Assembly (NCBI GenBank): GCA_903913865.1
Contig: CAIWMU010000039.1
Location: forward strand, 24,793 to 88,792
Reading direction: 5' to 3'
DNA length: 64,000 bases
Origin: an uncultured Verrucomicrobia subdivision 3 bacterium
Lineage (GTDB): Bacteria; Verrucomicrobiota; Verrucomicrobiia; Limisphaerales; UBA8199
In this document: positions 38,258 to 47,299 of the stretch, piece after piece
Layout of the letters: each line of letters begins with the position of its first letter
Numbering within the stretch: position 1 is the stretch's first letter
Translations under genes and position numbers: made by a program
The notes under the pieces: generated by a model
Told to the model about the DNA's origin: nothing
Database searches by the model: none
What the model saw: the letters and a program-made list of their open reading frames with translations, nothing else

Positions 38258-39181
38258 CTAGTTGGAGGCGACAACACATGCGGTATAGACGCAGTGTTTC
38301 GCTGATGCACTGTGTTGGCCGCAACGCATCACGTAGCCCACGCCCCGGATGCTGTGCAGCACCTTTGCCTCGGTGCCGACCTCAAGCTTGCCACGCAACC
38401 TCTGCACATAAACCTCGATCAGGTTGGAATCGGAAGTCAGTTCGCCGCCCCACACGGCATCGGAAATGGCCTCCCGGGTGCAGGACCGGCCCGCCGAACG
38501 CATCAGAAATTCCAAAAGGCGGAATTCGCGTTTGGTCAGTTCGATTTCCCGGCCACTCCGGTGCGCGGTGCGCCTCAGGGTGTCGAGCGCCAGATCCCGG
38601 ACATGCAGCACCGGGGAGGTTGCAGGACTTGCACGCCGCATCAGGGAGCGCACACGCAGAACGAATTCCTCCATCTCAAACGGCCTGGAGAGACAGTCAT
38701 CCACCCCCGCCTTGAATGCCTTGATCCGGGCGGCGGCATCAGCCCCGGGACAGATCAGCAGTATGGGCCGGTTGTCCCCGGCAGCCCGCAGCCTCCTCAC
38801 CAGCACAATCCCGCCCGTGCCATCACCCTCGTAGCTCACCACGATCACGCAACACATGTGCTTCAGGATCGAGGAGTCCACCAGCAGACGGTCCATCAGG
38901 ATTTCGGCTTTCACTCCTGCCCCCCGTAGGGAGTCATACAACCTGTCAACCGGGTCGGCCATTTCGCCCACAACCAGGACGTTCATCCCGGCGAGCCTTG
39001 CCCGCGTCGCCTCAAGAGGATCCAGAGCCCCGCCATTGGTTGCGTTGACAGAGGAATTACGGTGGTTCCGGCGGATGCGGGCCCGCTGCACCCTGCGCCC
39101 CCGGATTACGGACTCACCAATGGTCGGGCTTTCGCCGCCGCCTTTGCCGTAATCAGCAGCTCGCGTCACTTTGTTCTTCAT
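38258..39181 (-). CDS. Atypical OmpR-family response regulator (pseudo-receiver lacking the phospho-Asp, Cys/His tail), paralogue 2
   Basis: The acidic pocket is replaced (VLVVGEMAD). The phospho-site reads VIVVSYEG (Ser, not Asp), with LLIC and LSRPF further on. The wHTH is LLEFLMRSAGRSCTR...LHSIRGVGYVM. The tail is RCGQHSASAKHCVYTACVVASN. Confidence 0.8.
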   Translation of the reverse strand: MKNKVTRAADYGKGGGESPTIGESVIRGRRVQRARIRRNHRNSSVNATNGGALDPLEATRARLAGMNVLVVGEMADPVDRLYDSLRGAGVKAEILMDRLLVDSSILKHMCCVIVVSYEGDGTGGIVLVRRLRAAGDNRPILLICPGADAAARIKAFKAGVDDCLSRPFEMEEFVLRVRSLMRRASPATSPVLHVRDLALDTLRRTAHRSGREIELTKREFRLLEFLMRSAGRSCTREAISDAVWGGELTSDSNLIEVYVQRLRGKLEVGTEAKVLHSIRGVGYVMRCGQHSASAKHCVYTACVVASN

Positions 39182-39312
39182 ATCAAATCAAATTCCAACA
39201 ACACCAAAGCCTGCCCCGATACCATCCCAACCCTGAAAATCCCTCAGGGATGGCACTGGGGACCCCAACCCCACCACCAGTAACATTTGCGCATGTTATC
39301 ATGAACACCCCC

Positions 39313-39347
39313 AAAAATGTAAATTAATTTGTTTTAATTATTCAAAG
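39313..39347 (-). promoter_or_regulatory. AT-rich island with perfect palindrome AAATTAATTT (candidate promoter/operator of atypical regulator 2)
   Basis: aaaaatgtaaattaatttgttttaattattcaaag is the only strongly AT-rich stretch between the kinase stop and ATG 39181. On the minus strand it reads TTGAAT-18 nt-TACATT. Confidence 0.35.
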
Positions 39348-39416
39348 CCTCAGGGGAGTGGAAAAACCCCCTCAGTTTGAGCGCTCAGGCGGGAAATTGT
39401 CGGAAGTCCGCCCCAC

Positions 39417-40463
39417 TCAGGCCGCCAGCGGCATGATGATGGTGAAGGAGGTCTTGCCATCCGCCCGGGATTCAACCTGAATGTTCCCACCGTGCTCCCT
39501 GACAATCCACTGGCAGATCGCCAATCCAAGTCCCGATCCCTCAACATCCTGCGCACCCCGGACAAACCGCTCAAAGATACGCCCTTGCAGCTTCGCCGGA
39601 ATCCCGGGACCGGTGTTTGTCATCTCGATCTCCGCCATCTTTTCCCATTTGCGCAACGCCATCACAATGTGTCCGCCCTGGGAATTGTGCTTCACCGCAT
39701 TGTCGGCAAGGTTCAAAAGCATTTGGCGCAACCGGTGCCGGTCCCCCAGAACCACCGCATCCTGGCAGTCTCTTAATTCGACCGTGATATGCGCCGGTTG
39801 GGCCAGCACCAAGGTGTCATCATAACACTCTGTCATGAGCTCCTTGAGTGGAACAGGATTCCTGTCGAGCCGGATCTGCCCGGCATCCGCCTTCGCAAGC
39901 AGGGTCAGGCCGTCCACCAGCTTGGCCAGCCGCTCCAGCTCATCGATCTGCGAATGGATCCATTCCCGCTGGTCCGGCTTGAGCCCGTCCGCATCCCTGA
40001 GCGCGGTTTCCATCTCCGCCCTCATGACCGTCAGCGGGGTCTTGAGTTCATGGGAGGCATGGAGTGTGAACTCACGGACCTGTTTGAACGAATTCTCCAG
40101 CCGGTCGGCCATCTTGTTGAACGAGGCCGCCAGGCGGTCCACCTCGTCCCCGTTTTGGGTCCGTGGCAGCCGCTCGGTCAGGTTCTCCGCGTTAAACCGC
40201 TCCACACCCTCTGCCAGCTGACCTATGGGGGACAGGGACCGGAGAATCAGCAATGTTCCAAGCACGAGGACAAGGGGGGATATGGCCGTAAGGATGACCT
40301 CGGCGCGGGCATCAAACTTTTTGAAGGAACTTTCCTCGATGCCCAAATCCCTCAACAGCTGGGGCACGTGCACGAACTCGTGGTAGGCCAGAGCCACCAG
40401 CAACAAAAGCCCAACACCGGTAACGATCAGATAGCGGGAGATGAGCCTGTTGCGCAGCCTCAT
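39417..40463 (-). CDS. Sensor histidine kinase (CusS/heavy-metal-sensor-like, short periplasmic loop)
   Basis: Two TM segments, a HAMP-like linker, H-box HASHELKTPL, N-box LLNLADNAVKHN, G-boxes NTGPGIP and GSGLGLAI. Confidence 0.9.
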   Translation of the reverse strand: MRLRNRLISRYLIVTGVGLLLLVALAYHEFVHVPQLLRDLGIEESSFKKFDARAEVILTAISPLVLVLGTLLILRSLSPIGQLAEGVERFNAENLTERLPRTQNGDEVDRLAASFNKMADRLENSFKQVREFTLHASHELKTPLTVMRAEMETALRDADGLKPDQREWIHSQIDELERLAKLVDGLTLLAKADAGQIRLDRNPVPLKELMTECYDDTLVLAQPAHITVELRDCQDAVVLGDRHRLRQMLLNLADNAVKHNSQGGHIVMALRKWEKMAEIEMTNTGPGIPAKLQGRIFERFVRGAQDVEGSGLGLAICQWIVREHGGNIQVESRADGKTSFTIIMPLAA

Positions 40464-41134
40464 GCCTCTTCCTTCAGGATGTAGCCCACTCCCCGCACGC
40501 TGTGAAGCAGTTTGGCCGGGAATCCCTCATCGATCTTCTCCCGGAGCTTCCGGATATAGACGTCAATGATGTTCGATCCCGGATCAAAGTGGTAGTCCCA
40601 AACCTTCTCGAAGATCATCATCCGGGTGCAAATCCGCCCGGGGGAACGCATCAAAAACTCCAGAAGCCGGTATTCCCGGCTGGTCAACTCAATGGTCCGC
40701 CCACCCCGTTGCGCCTTGCGCAGCCCCGTGTCCAGTGTCAGATCCGCGACATGAACCAGTCCGGATCTTGAATCCGTTCCCCTTCGGCACAGTGTCTCCA
40801 CCCGGGCCACAAGCTCCTCCAACGCGAACGGCTTGGACAGGTAATCATCCGCCCCGGCCTTCAACCCCTCCACCCGCTCATTCACCTCCCCGCGCGCCGA
40901 AAGCAGCAGCACAGGAGTGTGGTTCCCCCGCATCCGGGCCTGCCGCAGCACACTCAGCCCATCCCGCCCCTTCAACATGATGTCGAGCACCACCACATCA
41001 AAAGGAGTCCCCATCATCGCAAGGAACGCCTCATCCCCATCATGAAGCACATCCACCGCGCAACCCTCTGTCTTCAAGGCCTTGCTGATGAACCCTGCCG
41101 TCTTGCGGTCATCCTCAACTACCAATACTCGCAT
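40460..41134 (-). CDS. OmpR-family response regulator, canonical (CusR/CopR-like)
   Basis: Start at ATG 41134: MRVLVVEDDRKTAGF...VVVLDIMLKGRDG...PVLLLSARG...GADDYLSKPF. The wHTH is YRLLEFLMRSPGRICTR...LLHSVRGVGYIL. Its stop overlaps the kinase start (ATGA). Confidence 0.9.
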   Translation of the reverse strand: MRVLVVEDDRKTAGFISKALKTEGCAVDVLHDGDEAFLAMMGTPFDVVVLDIMLKGRDGLSVLRQARMRGNHTPVLLLSARGEVNERVEGLKAGADDYLSKPFALEELVARVETLCRRGTDSRSGLVHVADLTLDTGLRKAQRGGRTIELTSREYRLLEFLMRSPGRICTRMMIFEKVWDYHFDPGSNIIDVYIRKLREKIDEGFPAKLLHSVRGVGYILKEEA

Positions 41135-41366
41135 ACCCAACTCTTGCAAAGCCCAGCCCCATTGGCAAGGCGGTGGACACGTTTCCACTCCCAATTGCCG
41201 ATCCAACACCTGCCCAGCGCCCTCGCGCCACCCCCCGAAAAGACTACCCCAAACCCGCCATCCCTCCTGAAAATCCGGAAAAACGGCTGATAAATTGCAA
41301 AAAACCCCAACTTTTTCACTTTTTCTCTTGAAAGCCGTTTTCATCCGCTCTACTCATTCCAGCACT

Positions 41367-41669
41367 ATGGCAAAAGCAATTACCAAACCTCTCACTAAGT
41401 CACAGATCACCGCATCCATCGCGGAAACCGTCAGTCTCCCAAAGACCCAGACTGTTCAGGTCATCGAAGCCCTCGTGGCTCTGGCCTACAAGAACGCAAA
41501 AAACTCATTCACCATCCCCGGCTTGGGTAAGCTGGTGCTCGTGAACCGCAAAGCCCGCGTGGGTCGCAATCCCTCCACCGGCGCCGCCATCAAGATCCCG
41601 GCCAAGCGCGTGTTGAAGTTCCGCGTTGCCAAGGCCGCCAAGGACGCGATCCTCGGCGTCAAGAAGTAA
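41367..41669 (+). CDS. hup: HU/IHF-family nucleoid-associated DNA-binding protein
   Basis: 100 aa from ATG 41367: ...IPGLGKLVLVNRKARVGRNPSTGAAIKIPAKRVLKFRVAKAAKDAI (HU arm motif R-NP-TG). Confidence 0.9.
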   Translation: MAKAITKPLTKSQITASIAETVSLPKTQTVQVIEALVALAYKNAKNSFTIPGLGKLVLVNRKARVGRNPSTGAAIKIPAKRVLKFRVAKAAKDAILGVKK

Positions 41670-41711
41670 CCGGTCGCAACCCTGCTTATTCTGATCCAGC
41701 AGGGGTCAGGT

Positions 41712-41741
41712 CCGCAACCTGCCTTCCAAGGCAGGTTGCGG
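41712..41741 (+). terminator. Stem-loop downstream of hup (12-bp perfect stem)
   Basis: ccgcaacctgcc-ttccaa-ggcaggttgcgg. A 7-bp hairpin (ccctgct...agcaggg) precedes it. There is no strong T-tract. Confidence 0.5.
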
Positions 41742-41992
41742 CACTTCAAAACAATTCAATATCCCCGCCCCCCTCCGGAAGCCAGCGGCGCAACTCGTCA
41801 GCATGCGCCCCATGCGAATCCGGTCAGGCTCTTTCTTCTTCCGATCGCGGGGTCCCACGGTCCTCTCCCCCAAATTCGCACCTCCTCAATAAACAGCCTC
41901 CGTCCACACACAAAGTATTAGACGTCCCATCCCTTCTGGTGCAATCTTACTCCACCTTGTCACACAAGATGGATCGTTCGTTGGAGTAAACC

Positions 41993-42823
41993 ATGCAAAC
42001 TAGTCACGCAAGTCCCCGCAGGTCAGGTTTTACCCTGATCGAACTTCTGGTGGTCATCGCCATCATAGCCATTCTCGCAGCCATGCTGCTGCCCTCCCTT
42101 GGGCGGGCCAAGGTCAAAGCCCAGGGCATCACCTGCATGAACAACGGCCGCCAGATGATGATGGCCTGGCGGTTCTATGTGGATGATCACGAGGACAAGG
42201 TTCCACCCTCCTACTGGCCACCCAATTCCTGGGTCAATGGCAATCTCGATCTCACCCCCGCAAACCCCGTCAACTGGGATGTCACCAGGGATTTGCAGAA
42301 AAGCCTCCTCTGGCCCTACTGCGGGAACAACGCCGGCATCTGGCGCTGCCCCGCGGACCGCGCCCTCGGCAAGCCCATGACAGGCCCCCAGGCGGGTCAG
42401 GTGGTCCCCCGCATTCGCAGCATCTCCATGAACGCCTGGTTCAAAAGCTCGGATGTGGCCGATTTCGGACCTCCGGGATGCCGCATCTACAAAAAACTAG
42501 GCGATGTGAACACTCCGGGGCCGTCCATGACCTGGCTCTTTCTCGATGAGCGTGAGGACAGCATCAACGACGGAGAGTTTTGTGTCAGCATGTTTGGATG
42601 GCCCGACCAGCGCGGCTCATCAATGATCGTCGATTTCCCGGCCAGCTACCACAACGATGCGGGCGGCCTGTCATTTGTGGATGGCCACGCCGAGATCAAA
42701 AAGTGGAAGGATCCACGCACACGCCCGGTGCTCCGCACAGGCGTGGGCCTGCCTCTCAATGTGCCGTCCCCAAACAATCCGGACGTTTTTTGGCTGATGG
42801 AGCGCAGCACCCGAATAGACTGA
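41993..42823 (+). CDS. Prepilin-type N-terminal cleavage/methylation protein of the H-X9-DG family
   Basis: [26 protein letters not shown] at the N-terminus. The C-terminal H-X9-DG motif reads [14 protein letters not shown]. Confidence 0.9.
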   Translation: MQTSHASPRRSGFTLIELLVVIAIIAILAAMLLPSLGRAKVKAQGITCMNNGRQMMMAWRFYVDDHEDKVPPSYWPPNSWVNGNLDLTPANPVNWDVTRDLQKSLLWPYCGNNAGIWRCPADRALGKPMTGPQAGQVVPRIRSISMNAWFKSSDVADFGPPGCRIYKKLGDVNTPGPSMTWLFLDEREDSINDGEFCVSMFGWPDQRGSSMIVDFPASYHNDAGGLSFVDGHAEIKKWKDPRTRPVLRTGVGLPLNVPSPNNPDVFWLMERSTRID

Positions 42824-43003
42824 CCCGACCCGTCGCAACCCATGCCGCACACCCCTGCAGGGTGCGCGGAAATGGCGTCCAAATCTGCAGGATGAGGAGC
42901 CTGAGGGTTGCCAGCCCTCAAACCGGATCCCTTGGATGTGGGGAATTTTTTTGAATTCCAGCGAATTCCGGGGCGGTGTCCGGCGTCCAACATTGTGATT
43001 TAC

Positions 43004-44710
43004 ATGGCGAAGAAATCCGTCTGGCTGTGGCTTCTGCCGCTGTTTCTTGCGGCGGGATGCACGGCGAACCATTACCGCAAATCTGCGGACCGGGAGGTTT
43101 ATGCCACGATCCGGCAAAAAACCGGCAAGGTCCGGAACATGGATCCGGCCTTCTCCATTGAACAGACCAACACCTCCCTGCTCCAAAGCCTCCCCATCTC
43201 CAGCAAGGTGGAAGAATTTCTGGGCACGGATGGGGAAACCGAGCGGGATGCCCGGCAGGTGGCGCTGGAGGATGCCCTCGCACTCGCCGTGCAAGGCAGC
43301 CGCTCCTACCAGGCCCGCAAGGAGCAACTCTACATCTCCGGCCTCGCGCTGACGCTCGCACGCCACCAGCTTACCCCCATCTTCGGCTCCTCCGCAAACG
43401 CCGCTTACGGCGGCCAGACGGAACAGGCCGTCAAGGTGGGCATCGATGAAGTGACCGGCCAGCCAAAGGTGATCGTGAGCGACAGTCTCGTGGAGCAGCA
43501 GCGCGTCTCCGGATCCGGCAACGTGGGGGCCAGCTGGCTCATCCGCGGCGTTGGCCGCCTGAGCACCTCCATGACCGCCGACTTCCTCCGGTTCGTCTCG
43601 GGCGATCCCCGCGTGACCACCTCCTCCCAGCTCAGTGCCACCCTCGTCCGCCCCCTCCTGAGGGATGCCGGTTTCAAGCAGCAGGCCGAGGCCCTGATTC
43701 AATCGGAGCGGCAGCTGCTCTATGACCTCCGGGAGTTTACCCGCTTCCGGAAGGATTTCAGCGTGCAGGTCGCCACCGCCTACTACCGCGTGCTCGGCAA
43801 CCGGGATTCGGTCCGGAATAGTTATCTCAACCTGCAAAGCTCCCGCAAGAATGCCGAACGCAGCCGCGCCCTCGCCAGGGAGGGGCGCATCACCCAGTCC
43901 GACCTCGGCCGGTTGGAACAGCAGGCCCTGACCGCCGAAAGCTCCTGGATCAACGCCGTCCGCGATTACAAACAGGCCCTCGACAACTTCAAAATCCAGC
44001 TCGGCCTCCGCCTGGAGGATAAAATCGTCCTCGATGACCGCGAACTCGGCCGCCTCCGCATCGACCATCCCACCCTGAATGTGGATGACTCCATAAAGGT
44101 GGCCCACGCCGCCCGGCTCGACCTGCTCAACACCCGGGAACAGTTGGAGGATTCGGAACGTAAAGTGGCCCTGAACAAGAACATGCTCCTGCCCAAAGTC
44201 GATGTCTCCACCACTGTCAACATCAGGAGCGATCCCAACCAGACCACCGGTTTCCCCCTGCCCGATCTCAACCGCTACAATTGGAGCGCCGGCCTCAACA
44301 TCGACCCCGGCATCGACCGCAAATCGGAGCGCAACTCCTACCGCACGGCCATCATTTCCCGCAACCAGTCGATCCGCGCCGTCACACAAAAGGAGGACGA
44401 CATCAGCCTCCAGATCCGCGACAGCTGGCGGACCCTCGACCAGGCCAAACGCAGCTATGAAATCAGCGCCATCGGCGTGAAGCTCGCCGAGCGCCGCGTG
44501 GAGGAGCAGGGCCTGCTCGCGGAACTCGGCCGCGCCAAGGCCCTCGACCAGGTGGACGCCCAGAATTCCCTCATCGACTCGAAAAACCAGCTGACCCAGG
44601 CATTGGTGACCCACACCATCGCCCGCCTCCAGTTCTGGAACAACATGGGCATCCTGTATATCAAGGAAAACGGACAGTGGGAGGAGATTCAAAATGCAAA
44701 AGGCAATTAA
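43004..44710 (+). CDS. TolC-family outer-membrane efflux protein (lipoprotein-type signal)
   Basis: Start at ATG 43004: MAKKSVWLWLLPLFLAAGC. Two OEP-type repeats with coiled-coil character (ALALAVQGSRSYQARKEQL...; SYEISAIGVKLAERRVEEQ). Confidence 0.8.
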   Translation: MAKKSVWLWLLPLFLAAGCTANHYRKSADREVYATIRQKTGKVRNMDPAFSIEQTNTSLLQSLPISSKVEEFLGTDGETERDARQVALEDALALAVQGSRSYQARKEQLYISGLALTLARHQLTPIFGSSANAAYGGQTEQAVKVGIDEVTGQPKVIVSDSLVEQQRVSGSGNVGASWLIRGVGRLSTSMTADFLRFVSGDPRVTTSSQLSATLVRPLLRDAGFKQQAEALIQSERQLLYDLREFTRFRKDFSVQVATAYYRVLGNRDSVRNSYLNLQSSRKNAERSRALAREGRITQSDLGRLEQQALTAESSWINAVRDYKQALDNFKIQLGLRLEDKIVLDDRELGRLRIDHPTLNVDDSIKVAHAARLDLLNTREQLEDSERKVALNKNMLLPKVDVSTTVNIRSDPNQTTGFPLPDLNRYNWSAGLNIDPGIDRKSERNSYRTAIISRNQSIRAVTQKEDDISLQIRDSWRTLDQAKRSYEISAIGVKLAERRVEEQGLLAELGRAKALDQVDAQNSLIDSKNQLTQALVTHTIARLQFWNNMGILYIKENGQWEEIQNAKGN

Positions 44711-46607
44711 GTTCCTGACCCGCCTGTGGACCGGCCCGCGCTGGCGGCTCCTCGCCGTCGCGGCCCTGCTGCTCGGGCTGGGGTGGTACCTGTTCCGGGG
44801 GGATGGCCGGGGCAGTGGAAACATGCCCACATTCGCCGCCCGGCGCGGCCCGCTTGAGATCAACATCCTCGAGGGGGGCAGCCTGCAGGCCCTGGAATCT
44901 CAGGAAATCAAATGCGACGTCCACGTCGGCTATCAGGGCACGAAAATCCTCCGCATCGTGGAGGAGGGCTACCTCGTCACCGACGAGGATGTCAAAACCA
45001 ACAAGGTCCTCGTGGAGCTGGATTCCTCCGACCTCGAAAAGCAGATCGTCCAGCAGGAAATCCAATACGAATCAGCCGCCGCAACCCTCATCGACGCCCA
45101 GCAAAATTACGAAATCCAGCTCAACCAGAACCAGAGCGACATCAAGACCGCCGAACAGAAAACCCGCTTCGCCAGGATGGACTTCGACAAATTCCTCGGC
45201 GATGCCGTGACCACCCGCATCATCCAGGAGGTGGGCCTGGATGCACTGCTGGCCGCTGCAGGCACCAACGATGTGGAACAGACCCTCCGCGCAGAAGGCG
45301 TGGAGGATAAAACCTCCGCGCCACAACCCCCGCCCCAGAAGCACGCTCCCGGCGGGCCGCCCCGTCTGCCTCCCGGATTCAATCCCCCACCACCACCACC
45401 GGCATCGAGTGCTCCGGAACCTCCCCCAGCCCCCGCTCCGGAGCCGGTGCTATCCCTCCCCCCCGCCTTCACAAACGTTGTTCTGGTCGATTTCTCCCAA
45501 TACGCCCGGCTCGACGCGCTCGGGGATGGCGAGGCCCGCCAGAAGTTGCGCAAATTCGACGATGACCTCCAGGTTTCCCAGAAGGAGTTGGGCCAGGCAA
45601 ATTCGACCCTCGAAGGCACCCAGCGCCTCTTCGAGAAGGGCTTCGTCACCAAGCTGGAGATGCAGCGGGATGAAATCGCCGCCGACAACAGCCGCCTCAA
45701 GGTCCAGACGGCCCAGAGCGCCCGCGATCTTTACCTCAAATACGACTTCCTCAAGTCAGCCGAGGAGTCCCTCTCCAAATATGCCGAATCGGTGCGCGAA
45801 CTGGACAAGGCCCGACGCGTGGCCATCTCCAAGGCCGCCCAGGCCAGGGCCCGGCTTAAATCAGCCCAGGGCCAGCACGAGATCCAGCTCCGCCAGCGCA
45901 AAGAACTGACCGAGCAGCGGGAAAAATGCCTGCTCCACGCCACCAAGACCGGGCTCGTGGTTTACGGCGGCGGTCGTGATGACAACTTCTTCGGCGGGGA
46001 GGAGCGCATCCGCGAGGGCGCATCCGTCCGCGAGCGCCAGGCCATCATCACCATCCCGGATATGACCCGCATGGCCGTCAATGTGAAGGTGCACGAAACC
46101 TACATCAAAAAGATCCGCAAGGGCCTCAAGGCCCGCATCACCATCGACGCCTTTGCCGACAAGACCCTCACCGGCGAGGTCACAAAAGTCGCTGTGCTGC
46201 CCGATTCCCAGAACCGTTGGATGAATCCGGATATGAAGGTCTATCTGACCTCCGTCGCCATCGATGGCACCCAGGACTGGGTCAAGCCCGGCATGAGCGC
46301 CAAGGTCGAGATCCTCGTCAGCCGGATTGATGCCTGCCTTCAGGTGCCGGTTCAGGCGGTCACCTTCGATGGCGACAAACAGGTCTGCTACCTCCTCCGG
46401 GGACTCAAAACCGAGCGGCGCGAAGTGGATGTCGGGGAGTTCAACGATGAATTCATCGAAATCAAGGGCGGCCTGAAAGAGGGGGACCGCGTGCTCCTGC
46501 GCCTGCCGGATGGGGTTCAGAAGGACCGCAAGGAAACCGGCACCGAGCCCGCAAAAGCCCCCGAACCGGCCAAACCCGCCCCGCCACAGCCTCCTGCCAA
46601 AAAGTAA
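44694..46607 (+). CDS. HlyD/MacA-type periplasmic adaptor (membrane fusion protein) with proline-rich insert
   Basis: N-terminal TM segment, lipoyl/barrel motifs (IKCDVHVG..., AIITIPDMTRMAVNVKVHE), a long coiled coil, and a Pro-rich stretch at 45307-45468. It overlaps the TolC gene by 17 nt. Confidence 0.8.
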   Translation: MQKAIKFLTRLWTGPRWRLLAVAALLLGLGWYLFRGDGRGSGNMPTFAARRGPLEINILEGGSLQALESQEIKCDVHVGYQGTKILRIVEEGYLVTDEDVKTNKVLVELDSSDLEKQIVQQEIQYESAAATLIDAQQNYEIQLNQNQSDIKTAEQKTRFARMDFDKFLGDAVTTRIIQEVGLDALLAAAGTNDVEQTLRAEGVEDKTSAPQPPPQKHAPGGPPRLPPGFNPPPPPPASSAPEPPPAPAPEPVLSLPPAFTNVVLVDFSQYARLDALGDGEARQKLRKFDDDLQVSQKELGQANSTLEGTQRLFEKGFVTKLEMQRDEIAADNSRLKVQTAQSARDLYLKYDFLKSAEESLSKYAESVRELDKARRVAISKAAQARARLKSAQGQHEIQLRQRKELTEQREKCLLHATKTGLVVYGGGRDDNFFGGEERIREGASVRERQAIITIPDMTRMAVNVKVHETYIKKIRKGLKARITIDAFADKTLTGEVTKVAVLPDSQNRWMNPDMKVYLTSVAIDGTQDWVKPGMSAKVEILVSRIDACLQVPVQAVTFDGDKQVCYLLRGLKTERREVDVGEFNDEFIEIKGGLKEGDRVLLRLPDGVQKDRKETGTEPAKAPEPAKPAPPQPPAKK

Positions 46608-46612
46608 CCCCT

Positions 46613-47299
46613 GTGGCCGACCCCATCCTTCAGTTTCGCAACGTCCAGAAGACCTACCAGATGGGGGAGGTGCGGGTCCACGCCCTGCGGGGAATCACGT
46701 TTGATATCTTCCCCGGCGATTACATCAGCATCATGGGCCCCTCCGGTTGCGGCAAGTCCACCCTGCTGAACGTCCTCGGCTGCCTGGACCGCCCCACATC
46801 CGGCAACTACCTGCTGGGCGGCGAGGATGTCTCGGGAATGGATGATGATGCCCTCTCCGCCGTGCGCGGATCCCGGCTCGGGTTCGTCTTCCAATCCTAC
46901 AACCTCATCCAGCAACTCACGGTTCTGGAGAACATCGAGATCCCCCTTTATTATCAGGGAAAGCCCGAGGATGAAACCCGGGAGCGGGCCCGGGTGCTCG
47001 CAACCAAGGTCGGTCTGGCGGACCGCCTCGACCACAAACCGTTTGAACTCTCCGGCGGGCAGCAGCAGCGGGTGGCCATCGCCCGCGCCCTGGTGAATGA
47101 TCCCCTCCTCATCCTCGCAGACGAACCGACCGGCAACCTCGATTCCGTCTCAGGTGTGGAAATCCTCAGGCTGTTCGATGAACTGAACAGCCAGGGCAAG
47201 ACCCTCATCATCGTCACCCACGACACCACCGTCTCCCTGCGGGCCAGCCGCAGCATCCGCCTGCGGGATGGGAACATTGAAAGCGATGTCCGCCAGTAA
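46613..47299 (+). CDS. ABC transporter ATP-binding protein (MacB/LolD type)
   Basis: GTG start. Walker [10 protein letters not shown], signature [15 protein letters not shown], Walker [13 protein letters not shown]. Confidence 0.9.
   Translation: MADPILQFRNVQKTYQMGEVRVHALRGITFDIFPGDYISIMGPSGCGKSTLLNVLGCLDRPTSGNYLLGGEDVSGMDDDALSAVRGSRLGFVFQSYNLIQQLTVLENIEIPLYYQGKPEDETRERARVLATKVGLADRLDHKPFELSGGQQQRVAIARALVNDPLLILADEPTGNLDSVSGVEILRLFDELNSQGKTLIIVTHDTTVSLRASRSIRLRDGNIESDVRQ

Noticed and set aside
42671-44866. 731-aa ORF on the minus strand
   Set aside because: It is entirely antisense to the well-supported TolC and adaptor genes. Its composition (G/A/E/L/V/D-rich, no motifs) is typical of shadow ORFs in GC-rich DNA.
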